IMG/VR virus record: IMGVR_UViG_3300044740_000016
Location: 1 to 38,259 of that record
Source: a virus
Taxonomy: Duplodnaviria > Caudoviricetes
Length of the DNA: 38,259 nt
Strand: one strand, 5' to 3'
How positions within the stretch are numbered: position 1 is the stretch's first letter; each line of letters starts with the position of its first letter. This document shows, in pieces, positions 26,725 through 34,619 of the stretch. Below the pieces are notes generated by a model that was not told the origin of the DNA, searched no databases, and worked only from the letters and a program-made list of their open reading frames with translations. The position numbers were made by a program, and so were the translations under genes.

Positions 26725-27714
26725 ATGGCATCAATCAGTAAAAAATCGACCGGCTGGCGAGCAGAGATTTATGTTAATGGAAAGCGCGAATGTAAAACAT
26801 TGGCTACCAAAAACGAAGCAGTCGCCTGGGCAGCGGATAGGGAGTCGGCACTGAGAAAACAAAATGTCACCGGCATTAATAAAGACCAGACATGTCAAGA
26901 CGCTTTTGACCGATATCTCAACGAAGTATCGATTCATAAACGAGGGGAACGATGGGAAAAAATCAGGCTCAATGCTATTGCTAAACACAAGGTAGGGCGA
27001 CTGAATTTCGGTGATATAAAGTTGTGTGACCTTACATCTGACATGCTTGGGCAATGGCGCGATATGCGATTAAAAACGATTTCTGGCGCAAGCGTAAATC
27101 GAGAAATTACATTGTTGTCGCATGTATTCACTACTGCTCGTCGTGAGTGGAAATGGCTAGAAAAGAACCCCTTGTCTGACGTGCGCCGCGCTAAAGGCGC
27201 ACCTCCGCGCGACAGATTAATTTCGAGCGATGAGATAGAGCGTATTTGTTTCGCGCTAGACTATACAGGTGAAGTTAAAACAAAGTCCCATGCTGTGGCT
27301 ACCGCGTTTTTATTTGCTATTGAAACAGCGATGCGTGCGGGCGAAATTTGCGCCCTCAAGTGGGAATATATCAATAATACGGTGGCTGTATTGCCGCCCG
27401 AAGTGACAAAAAACGGAACAAAACGCGATGTGCCATTATCAGCGCGTGCGCTGGAACTTCTTAATTCATTGCCGCGCGATAGAGCTACATGTTTTGATAT
27501 TACATCAGCCAGTTTAGATACCTTGTTTAGAAAAGCACGTGACCGCGTATTGATTGAAAACCTTAATTTTCATGACACGCGCCATGAGGCCATTACGCGC
27601 CTGGCTAAAAAATTGAATGTGCTGGATTTGGCGCGTATGGTGGGGCATAGGGATTTACGCATGTTGCAAGTTTATTATAATGAGACTGCTGAAGAAATTG
27701 CCAAAAAGCTTTAA
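26725..27714 (+). CDS. int: Tyrosine integrase
   Basis: Catalytic motifs TAMRAGEI, TKNG, FHDTRHEA, GHRD and VYYN, plus an N-terminal arm-binding segment. Confidence 0.95.
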   Translation: MASISKKSTGWRAEIYVNGKRECKTLATKNEAVAWAADRESALRKQNVTGINKDQTCQDAFDRYLNEVSIHKRGERWEKIRLNAIAKHKVGRLNFGDIKLCDLTSDMLGQWRDMRLKTISGASVNREITLLSHVFTTARREWKWLEKNPLSDVRRAKGAPPRDRLISSDEIERICFALDYTGEVKTKSHAVATAFLFAIETAMRAGEICALKWEYINNTVAVLPPEVTKNGTKRDVPLSARALELLNSLPRDRATCFDITSASLDTLFRKARDRVLIENLNFHDTRHEAITRLAKKLNVLDLARMVGHRDLRMLQVYYNETAEEIAKKL

Positions 27715-27983
27715 TGCTTATCACGACATGAGTTAGCCCATTCGACCACTTCCTTGGCGAAATAAAGCGGTCTGGCTCCTTTTTCTGTCTTAACTGGCTT
27801 GGGGAAACCTGGCTTACAAAGGATAGAGCGCTGCGCCACAGGCACAGCTTTATTGAAATAACTTGCCACTCGCTCGACACTCCATAGTTCAATCTCATGG
27901 GGAAATTGTGGAGTAATTTGATTTACCACGGCGCGGGCGATACGAGCAATTAGATCATCTGTTGATAATATTTGATCGTTCAT
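27711..27983 (-). CDS. xis: Excisionase/AlpA-like recombination directionality factor
   Basis: WSVERVASYF...PGFPKPV...PLYFAKEVVEWA winged-helix pattern. Convergent with int, 4-bp overlap. Confidence 0.8.
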   Translation of the reverse strand: MNDQILSTDDLIARIARAVVNQITPQFPHEIELWSVERVASYFNKAVPVAQRSILCKPGFPKPVKTEKGARPLYFAKEVVEWANSCRDKH

Positions 27984-28321
27984 TTCAATTCCTCAAGTCC
28001 AGCTAGTTTGTAAATATCACTAATCTTCATCGAATCAAGTCCTTCTAGGTCATATGTAACTGCACCAATATTATTTTCTGCCCAATCCTTTACAGATTGA
28101 ATCAATTTTTCCTCACGTTCTTTGACGATATCGGCTCGGATGTACTTAGCTTGGGTTATGGATTGATTGACTTCTTCAGATGTTTCCCAATCGATATGAC
28201 CTATTTCCTTGGCTTCAAAAAAAGATTTTGGTTCATTAACGTATATTTCACACAAATCTGGGTTATGGTCGATACAAAACAAGGAAATATTTTCAGGCCA
28301 AGTTTTTATGTTGTCGGTCAT
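27980..28321 (-). CDS. Hypothetical early phage protein
   Basis: WPENISL...KYIRADIV. ATGA-coupled in the leftward operon. Confidence 0.7.
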   Translation of the reverse strand: MTDNIKTWPENISLFCIDHNPDLCEIYVNEPKSFFEAKEIGHIDWETSEEVNQSITQAKYIRADIVKEREEKLIQSVKDWAENNIGAVTYDLEGLDSMKISDIYKLAGLEELK

Positions 28322-28725
28322 AGTTCACCTTTTTTGACAGAGTCAATATAAGCAAGGATTACTTTTAGCGCAAAATCTTGATCTGATGTTTTAACTTTGC
28401 ATATATTTGTTAACCAGAAGAAAGATGGTGTTCTTAAATCCTCAATCGCTCTTTGTGCTGCGGCGTCGGCTATTGCACGTCTTCTAGTTCTACCCGAGCC
28501 AGGGTGTCCGTAGAGCTCATCATCACTCAGAGAACTCACAATCTTTGGTTTAGGTGGTTCTTCAGGTTTGAAGCGATATAGCAAACTAAAGTCCCATCCC
28601 GGCCCATCTTCATCGCAGTCGATCCACCTGAAATTATCGCCGCCTCGAAATTGCATCGGTCTATTGATATCCTTAACCCATTCAGTAATCAATTCAGCAT
28701 GTGGATGCGGTTTTTTGTCAGTCAT
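28318..28725 (-). CDS. Hypothetical early phage protein
   Basis: KPHPHAELITEW...PGWD...YRFKP pattern common in phage early genes. Confidence 0.75.
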   Translation of the reverse strand: MTDKKPHPHAELITEWVKDINRPMQFRGGDNFRWIDCDEDGPGWDFSLLYRFKPEEPPKPKIVSSLSDDELYGHPGSGRTRRRAIADAAAQRAIEDLRTPSFFWLTNICKVKTSDQDFALKVILAYIDSVKKGEL

Positions 28726-28737
28726 GTTTTCGTCCGT

Positions 28738-29013
28738 TTATTTGGTGTAATTCCATCTAATTAGTTGTGGCGTGCTAGGTAGGTTTAAAACTCGCGCAGT
28801 TCGCATTTGTTCGTTTTTATCTTTTGCGAGGTCATACACTTCCATCACCTTTTGCATTTTTCCTGGCTTATTGTATTTAAACAAACAATCATTATCAGAA
28901 TCAGCAAATTCGGGATAATCTTCCCAATCGTATGTATCACACATAACAAGCATATACTTATGCCCCTTTTTTAAGCCATCATCAAACCATTTTGAAATAA
29001 TGTCTGCTTTCAT
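28738..29013 (-). CDS. Conserved hypothetical phage protein
   Basis: HKYMLVMCDTYDWEDYP...MQKVMEVYDL. TAAGGT SD. Confidence 0.75.
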   Translation of the reverse strand: MKADIISKWFDDGLKKGHKYMLVMCDTYDWEDYPEFADSDNDCLFKYNKPGKMQKVMEVYDLAKDKNEQMRTARVLNLPSTPQLIRWNYTK

Positions 29014-29061
29014 AATTTACCTTATTAAATTGTTCGATTTGTTCAGCTTGTTCAACCTTTC

Positions 29062-29171
29062 GTTGGTGGCCGGTGCTGATCTCCGGCATAAAGGCACAGG
29101 GTACGTACCTTATCCACATCTATCCCCTCTGTCTAATGACCGACAGTGCATCAGCCTGCACATTCACCAAC
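29062..29171 (-). ncRNA. Putative structured RNA, cloverleaf-like with kissing loops
   Basis: Closing stem GTTGGTG/CACCAAC, with hairpins GCCGG-tgctgatct-CCGGC and GTGCA-tcagcc-TGCAC whose loops are complementary (GCTGA/TCAGC). Strand inferred from operon direction. Confidence 0.7.
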
Positions 29172-29595
29172 AAGGAAGAGGGCTGTGTCTTTCTCCCATA
29201 GCTGCCACAGCATTTAGCGTCTACAGTTATGATGCTTAAGCATCCCTCTTCCTAATTAGCCCTCGTCTTTCCGAGGCGTCAAAGTATCACTCAAAGATTG
29301 TTAATAACTAAGGAGACAATCGAGCTACTCTGAGGAAGTTATTGAGCCACTATCCCCTAGGCTATCCGAATGACCATATTTTTTATTCATTATTATGGGA
29401 AATATTTCCTAAAAAGTTTCCCACGTTTCCCATAAATTTTATATTGTTTGTATTGCCATGTATTTCATCGAGGAGAACATGGCGAAAACTCCTCTTAATA
29501 GGGGCCTCTTAATTCCCCTCCGATGACGGGGTATTTATTGGATGGAACCCCGCAAACCACTAGACAGGAGGCTCGTGTCAAACCTCCCCCAATCT

Positions 29596-30024
29596 TCAAA
29601 ACGGAATGTCATCATCCATCTCATTAATATGTGCAGCGCTAGTCGCATGTGTCGTTTGCTGCGGCGCAGCCGTGTTATGTGATTCTGAACGAGGGGCACC
29701 TAACATTTGCAAAACGTTCGCACGAATATCTGTAGCATATTTTTCGATGCCGTCTTTATCTGTGTATTTTTTGGTACGTAAACTTCCCTCGACATAAACA
29801 GCGGAACCTTTTTTAAGATACTGCGCAGCAATCTCGGCCAATTTGTCGAAAAAGACAATTCGGTGCCATTCAGTATTTTCTTTTTTCTCGCCCGTCGATT
29901 TGTCTTTCCAGCTATCGGTAGTAGCAACGGAAATGGTGGTCACGGCAACACCGCCTGGTGTATAACGTGTTTGGGGGTCAAGTCCCAAATTACCGACGAT
30001 GATGACTTTATTGACTGAGGCCAT
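29596..30024 (-). CDS. ssb: Single-stranded DNA-binding protein
   Basis: [14 protein letters not shown]...TEWHRIVFF...VYVEGSLRT and C-terminal DDDIPF. Confidence 0.97.
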   Translation of the reverse strand: MASVNKVIIVGNLGLDPQTRYTPGGVAVTTISVATTDSWKDKSTGEKKENTEWHRIVFFDKLAEIAAQYLKKGSAVYVEGSLRTKKYTDKDGIEKYATDIRANVLQMLGAPRSESHNTAAPQQTTHATSAAHINEMDDDIPF

Positions 30025-30033
30025 GATTTACTT

Positions 30034-30813
30034 TCATGCTGCTTTTTTGTAAAGCAAAAAATTTCTAAAGAAATGCTCTTTTTCTTTGACATAATTTGAG
30101 AACTCATGCAATTTCATGACCATTGCATCGATGAACTCCTCGTCGCGGTAAATGCGTTTCACATATAAGTCAAGATCGATAGATTCAAGCGCTGGCACGT
30201 ACATAATGAAGTCACACCACTTGCGATGCGTTAGCCACATGCCGCCTTGTATTTGATGGTCATATTCGGATGTGTCGCCAGTCTTGAGAATATGCTCAAT
30301 CTTTAAGCTATCGACAGGGCATTTGATTTCGCTTAATCCATCATCTTCGACTAATCCATCAGTGCTATAACCAAATCCGTTGTCATCAACACAGATACCT
30401 GCTTCAGTTACGAAAGCGCCTGTGCGTGCTTCGTATATTCTGCGCGCGTGAGGTTCTTGTTCATGTCCTCGTCTTAATACCCATGCCTCGGCGGGTATTC
30501 GATAGATATTCCCACTTATGCGCTCAATTGCTAAATCGGTGGCATAGCGCTTTGCTGTTTCCGAATAATCGGCAGTTAATTCACCGCGCAATGCTTTATC
30601 GATTATTGTTGAGTTTGGTATCGCTTTATATCCGGCTAAATTTGCAGCTTCTTTCTTCTCTAAACCAGAAAGCACCGCGTCAACGTATTTTCTTTGTTGT
30701 TCATTCAAGCCGCCGATTTCTTCACACACAGCGGAAAACATAGAAGCAGTGATGAGACCGGCGCGATTCTGATACCATTCTTCGCTATTAGGTTCGCATT
30801 CAATGAATCTCAT
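30034..30813 (-). CDS. YqaJ/lambda-type 5'-3' exonuclease
   Basis: SEEWYQNRAGLITAS, RGHEQEP, YSTDGLV, EIKCP and QIQGGMW motifs. Confidence 0.9.
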   Translation of the reverse strand: MRFIECEPNSEEWYQNRAGLITASMFSAVCEEIGGLNEQQRKYVDAVLSGLEKKEAANLAGYKAIPNSTIIDKALRGELTADYSETAKRYATDLAIERISGNIYRIPAEAWVLRRGHEQEPHARRIYEARTGAFVTEAGICVDDNGFGYSTDGLVEDDGLSEIKCPVDSLKIEHILKTGDTSEYDHQIQGGMWLTHRKWCDFIMYVPALESIDLDLYVKRIYRDEEFIDAMVMKLHEFSNYVKEKEHFFRNFLLYKKAA

Positions 30814-31777
30814 GATCTGCTCCTGTAAGTTCCGATATTGGGACTTCCTCGGTATTAGATTGAGTTTTTTGTGAAATTTCCTCGTTTTTTGGCATTAAAT
30901 AGTTATGATGCTTAATTACTTCCTCTTTAAATTTGGCGTGCGCTATGGGGTATTTGGCGAATTGACCAATATTGTCTTTCCAAAATTGGGTAAGTTCCGC
31001 ATCGTTTTTGGTTGTCTTCATTTCAGCAAGTAATGAAGTGATATCGATTTCATCCGCTTTATTTTCAAGGAGAATGCCCTGTCCACCTTCGTTATCGAGA
31101 TAATGAATTGCTTTTTCAAGCCGCTCGCTTTTACTGGGCCATGATTTAGAAGCTTGCTTAATACAGGTTTTTTTAATCATTTCCTCTGGGTCAGTCACCC
31201 ACGGCCCGCTATGACCTTTTTTTGAACTAAAACTAGGTGAACGTTCACGGATTCGATAAACCTTTTCAATTCCCATATCATGGGTTAAATAATCACCAAG
31301 AGGAGTTTTTATTACGGTATAGACGCCTACAATTTCACCTCGCTCTTTTTCAGGAGCAAACGGTGAGTATTTGTGCGTTGGTTCTATATCTAATCCATTT
31401 AGTTCAAATACATCATTTTGACGAACTATTTTGGTTCTTTCCCATAAGATACAACCCGTAGAGGTAGCTAAAAATGATAATCCCATGTAACTAATGTCCA
31501 AGCACACTTCCCCATCGCGAGGGATGAGATAAGCATGTTTTTTTGCAGGATTAAGGCTAATTCCGATTGCAGCAATTTGCTGAATTGAATTAATTACGGA
31601 TTGACGATTAGTTAATGCTGCTCCCCTTAAATAGGGATTTTTCATAATGGCTTGAACTGCGAAGGCTGCTTCCCTTTCAAAAGAAATTGAATGGTCAGAT
31701 AACACAGCTTCAAACTTGCTTTTAAATAAAAAAATCTCTTTTTTTATTTCCGCTATTTCAGTTGATTGGTTACTCAT
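30800..31777 (-). CDS. recT: RecT-family single-strand annealing protein
   Basis: GISLNPAKKHAYLIPR, LDISYMGL and PWVTDPEEMIKKTCIKQASKSWP motifs. Confidence 0.92.
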   Translation of the reverse strand: MSNQSTEIAEIKKEIFLFKSKFEAVLSDHSISFEREAAFAVQAIMKNPYLRGAALTNRQSVINSIQQIAAIGISLNPAKKHAYLIPRDGEVCLDISYMGLSFLATSTGCILWERTKIVRQNDVFELNGLDIEPTHKYSPFAPEKERGEIVGVYTVIKTPLGDYLTHDMGIEKVYRIRERSPSFSSKKGHSGPWVTDPEEMIKKTCIKQASKSWPSKSERLEKAIHYLDNEGGQGILLENKADEIDITSLLAEMKTTKNDAELTQFWKDNIGQFAKYPIAHAKFKEEVIKHHNYLMPKNEEISQKTQSNTEEVPISELTGADHEIH

Positions 31778-31940
31778 TTAAGTCTCCTGTCTCGTGAGAA
31801 TTTTGAGCTTGGGCAATACATTCATCTAAAACTTGGGCAGATAAGAGTGCGTCTTCATAACTATCATCTAACACGCCAGCGGTCACCAAAAGTAACGCGA
31901 CAATTGCGGTTGCTAATAAATAGTCTTTAAACACATTCAT
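31770..31940 (-). CDS. Small membrane protein (56 aa), not in the ORF track
   Basis: MNVFKDYLLATAIVALLLVTAGVLDDSYEDALLSAQVLDECIAQAQNSHETGDLNE. AAGGT SD, overlaps the recT start. Confidence 0.65.
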   Translation of the reverse strand: MNVFKDYLLATAIVALLLVTAGVLDDSYEDALLSAQVLDECIAQAQNSHETGDLNE

Positions 31941-32102
31941 AGTGACCTTTTTAGATAATCCGGTTTTTTAAACATGTCCGCCATGTTCCTGCCTGTGAGC
32001 ATTCAGGCTCGCTTCTATCTTCTAACAAGTATGAAGACTCCTTCTCTAGCCAAATCAATCGTCATTGAGTCAGTTTCGATTACCTTGAAGCCTTCATACT
32101 TC

Positions 32103-32339
32103 TTAGCCAAAGATATTTTGGTTTATGTATTGCGCTTCCCTTGCATCCACACTGTCTTGGAATGCATTCCAGTCATCTACTTCGTTTTCTTCCTCTTCTT
32201 GCTCTAAGCGTTCTTCCAGCTTTTTAACCAAGAAAGCACGAATATCGCCTTTTTCATTAATCAGCTTGGCTAAAGAAGCTGCCAAAGTTAAATCATCGCC
32301 TAGTAATTCAGTCAGGTCTTCTTCGGTGAATGCATACAT
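32103..32339 (-). CDS. Acidic hypothetical protein, first gene of the PL operon
   Basis: GGAGG SD directly downstream of PL. Confidence 0.75.
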   Translation of the reverse strand: MYAFTEEDLTELLGDDLTLAASLAKLINEKGDIRAFLVKKLEERLEQEEEENEVDDWNAFQDSVDAREAQYINQNIFG

Positions 32340-32371
32340 TTTTGCCTCCGAAAATTAATGCCTACAACTGA

Positions 32372-32422
32372 ATTATAACTAAAGTTATAAACTGTGTCAA
32401 ACTAATTATAACTAAAGTTATA
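32372..32422 (-). promoter_or_regulatory. PL promoter with operators OL1/OL2
   Basis: Perfect TTGACA(32400-32395)-N17-TATAAT(32377-32372). TATAAC-TAAA-GTTATA at 32374..32389 and 32407..32422. Confidence 0.92.
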
Positions 32423-32431
32423 GATATTGTG

Positions 32432-32458
32432 AAAAAAAAGCAGCCTAGATTGGCTGCT
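32432..32458 (-). terminator. Rho-independent terminator insulating PL
   Basis: AGCAGCC/GGCTGCT stem followed by a T-run on the minus strand. Confidence 0.85.
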
Positions 32459-32468
32459 CCAATGGAGT

Positions 32469-32762
32469 TTAAAAAATTACCAGAATCCTTTTCATACATT
32501 CATTAAGTTGTTCGTCAGAATATTCTGATGTGTCGGTAAGACCATTTTCGTCAAGTATTTCTCTAGGGGTCATTTTAGATAAAGCTAATGTGCTGATATG
32601 AAGAACATCACTATATTTATCCACATAACTAAGCAATCCAACTTCAGCTAAAGCCTTCGTGTCTCCCTCTATTTGCCGCTTTGCAGTTTTCCGTACTACA
32701 TAGGCACCATATTTTTTACAAGCTTGCTCGACACCAAGCACAATTAATGAGTGTTTGTCCAT
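32469..32762 (-). CDS. Hypothetical protein (97 aa, start revised to MDKHSL)
   Basis: AGGGGGA SD before the ATG at 32762, own promoter TTGACT(32834)-N17-TATCTT, followed by a terminator. Confidence 0.7.
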   Translation of the reverse strand: MDKHSLIVLGVEQACKKYGAYVVRKTAKRQIEGDTKALAEVGLLSYVDKYSDVLHISTLALSKMTPREILDENGLTDTSEYSDEQLNECMKRILVIF

Positions 32763-32900
32763 TATTCCCCCTGTAAGCCATAAAAATCCATAAAAAGCCA
32801 TGTGTAAGATAGTGGAAATAGATGGAACAGTCAAGTTTTTTATTGCTAAAAATGGCGTTTGATATAATATTTGGTTGATAAAAATTAACAAGGAGTATTT

Positions 32901-33128
32901 ATGAAAAAAACCACTCAACTTAGCGGTATTAGACAAGCCGTTAATTGGGCCGGCACGCAAAAGGAATTAGCACAAAAATTGGGAGTAAGTAAAAGTACTG
33001 TGCAATCGTGGGTAACGAAAGGTTACGTTCCAACACAACATATTAAGGAGGTTGAGAAATTGACTGGGATTCCTGAAGAGAAGCTTTGTAACCCGAAATT
33101 TTTACATAATGCGAAGGACAAAAAATAA
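32901..33128 (+). CDS. Second Cro/YdaS-like HTH protein
   Basis: AVNWAGTQKELAQKLGVSKSTVQSWVTKGYVP...VEKLTGIP. AAGGAG SD and extended -10 TGaTATAAT at 32860..32868. Confidence 0.85.
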   Translation: MKKTTQLSGIRQAVNWAGTQKELAQKLGVSKSTVQSWVTKGYVPTQHIKEVEKLTGIPEEKLCNPKFLHNAKDKK

Positions 33129-33234
33129 TAAATACAACATCCAGCCCATCATTTCACACATTAATCATTGACCATCATTAATTAATAAATTACCCTTATT
33201 GGCTTTTAATCCACGGTCAATAAGGGAAAACCCT

Positions 33235-33429
33235 ATGGATAAAGTGCCAACTTTAGCTGAGTTTTTAGCAGATTGTGAATATGTTTATCTCAATGGCACT
33301 GAGAGATCGATTAGAAGTATTACTTCTCTTATTATTGATATAAAAAAATTGCTTAAGTTTAAGAACAAACAAACTAATGGCGTTTATGAACTTGATGAGC
33401 ATTCTCATCATAAATATGATCGTCACTAG
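33235..33429 (+). CDS. Hypothetical protein (64 aa) overlapping the 3' end of cI
   Basis: AAGGGA SD before the ATG at 33235. 56-bp convergent overlap with cI. Confidence 0.45.
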   Translation: MDKVPTLAEFLADCEYVYLNGTERSIRSITSLIIDIKKLLKFKNKQTNGVYELDEHSHHKYDRH

Positions 33430-33871
33430 TTGTTTCGGAATCGATAACTTCAGATCGCGTTTTTTGAGTTAATTGCTCAACCACCGCATCTACTAAATGC
33501 GCCGCGTCAAAGTTTTTCAACGAATCTTTCATCGCATTGTGAAGGTCAAGCGCATCTTTTGCAGCTAACAGGATTTTCTCTTGTCCCCTTTTGTCTGTCG
33601 ATTTAATCAATTTAGTCAATTCTTTAATGATAGGATTTGAATCCTCAAATGTAGGAGAATAATCCAAGTCTGGTACACCTTCGCCCGTCTGTAGCCATAA
33701 CGCATTGACTTTGAGAACATGCGCAATCAGTGGCAGTGAGCGAGTAGTTTGCGCTAATCCCTTTTCCACTTTTGAAATCATTTCTTGCGAAATCCCCACT
33801 TCTCTCGCCAAGTCTTCTTGAGACAACCTTAGCATGTCTCTCCGTTGTTTAATGCGTTTTCCTATACTCAT
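33374..33871 (-). CDS. cI: CI-like repressor (XRE HTH, no S24 peptidase domain recognised)
   Basis: IGKRIKQRRDMLRLSQEDLAREVGISQEMISKVEKG...LKVNALWLQTGEG. Divergent from cro across the operators. Confidence 0.88.
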   Translation of the reverse strand: MSIGKRIKQRRDMLRLSQEDLAREVGISQEMISKVEKGLAQTTRSLPLIAHVLKVNALWLQTGEGVPDLDYSPTFEDSNPIIKELTKLIKSTDKRGQEKILLAAKDALDLHNAMKDSLKNFDAAHLVDAVVEQLTQKTRSEVIDSETTSDDHIYDENAHQVHKRH

Positions 33872-33891
33872 GACTCTTGCATATTAAAATT

Positions 33892-33942
33892 TATAACAAA
33901 GGTTATAGTTTCATTGATTCTGTTTATAACTTTGGTTATAAT
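33892..33942 (+). promoter_or_regulatory. PR promoter with operators OR1/OR2
   Basis: TTGATT(33914)-N17-TATAAT(33937). TATAAC-N4-GTTATA at 33892..33907 and 33925..33940, the same 33-bp spacing as OL. Confidence 0.92.
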
Positions 33943-33948
33943 TGGTTT

Positions 33949-34179
33949 ATGGACATTCAATATGTAATTACCCTATTGCAATCGAAAGGATTGACCCAAG
34001 CGCAAATTGCCTCTGAAGTAGGTTGTTCACAGGCAAATATTGCTGCACGTAAAAAACATACTTCGAGACCGTCTGACAAACTAGTGACGGGTTTATATAA
34101 CTTATTGGTTAAATATGGCTTAAACGATACGATAATTGATAAAAAACAACAACAGAATAAACCAACTAAAACCAATTAA
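33949..34179 (+). CDS. cro: Cro-like HTH regulator
   Basis: MDIQYVITLLQSKGLTQAQIASEVGCSQANIA. Start revised to the ATG downstream of PR. Confidence 0.85.
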   Translation: MDIQYVITLLQSKGLTQAQIASEVGCSQANIAARKKHTSRPSDKLVTGLYNLLVKYGLNDTIIDKKQQQNKPTKTN

Positions 34180-34214
34180 GGCCAACCTTACATTATATTC
34201 AATAACTAATAATA

Positions 34215-34619
34215 ATGAAACGTCCCTTTATCATCGCTAATGAATCTGTTAGAACAATAGCAATTGAATATATTAAGATTTTGCCAATCGGGGCGGGAAT
34301 TATAACTGATACCGAAGCTAGGCGTAATTTAGAACAAAACGCTGCCCAATGGCCCATTCTATCAGCTTTCTCAAAGCAGTTACTTTGGCCGGTTAATGGG
34401 AATATGGTCAAAATGTCGCCGGATGAATGGAAGGATGTTTTAACCGCGGGATTCGGAAAAGAAACGACGCGCCTGGCAATGGCGGTTGAGGGCGAAGGCG
34501 TGGTGATGCTAGGCAAGCGCACGAGCCAGTTCAGTAAAAAGCGCTTTAGTGAATGGCTTGAATATTTGCATGCAATCGCTGCTATGCGCGGCGTCACCGT
34601 TTATCAGGACAATCGATGA
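34215..34619 (+). CDS. ninB: NinB-family recombination protein
   Basis: RNLEQNAAQWPIL..FSKQLLW, EWKDVLTA and GKRTSQFSKKRFSEWLEYL motifs. Confidence 0.88.
   Translation: MKRPFIIANESVRTIAIEYIKILPIGAGIITDTEARRNLEQNAAQWPILSAFSKQLLWPVNGNMVKMSPDEWKDVLTAGFGKETTRLAMAVEGEGVVMLGKRTSQFSKKRFSEWLEYLHAIAAMRGVTVYQDNR

Noticed and set aside
29146-29161. CUGAUG on the minus strand as a hammerhead ribozyme core
   Set aside because: It reads CUGAUGC rather than CUGAUGA, is tied up in a hairpin, and I see no correctly placed GAAA core strand.
29000-29239. 79-aa plus-strand ORF
   Set aside because: Antisense to the leftward operon, no SD, and it overlaps sequence better explained as RNA structure.
32763-32960. 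N-terminal extension of the 163-aa minus-strand ORF
   Set aside because: It overlaps the divergent promoters and the second Cro gene. The ATG at 32762 has a good SD.
33877-33948. Upstream TTG start for cro given in the ORF track
   Set aside because: It lies upstream of PR and across the operators. The ATG at 33949 fits better.
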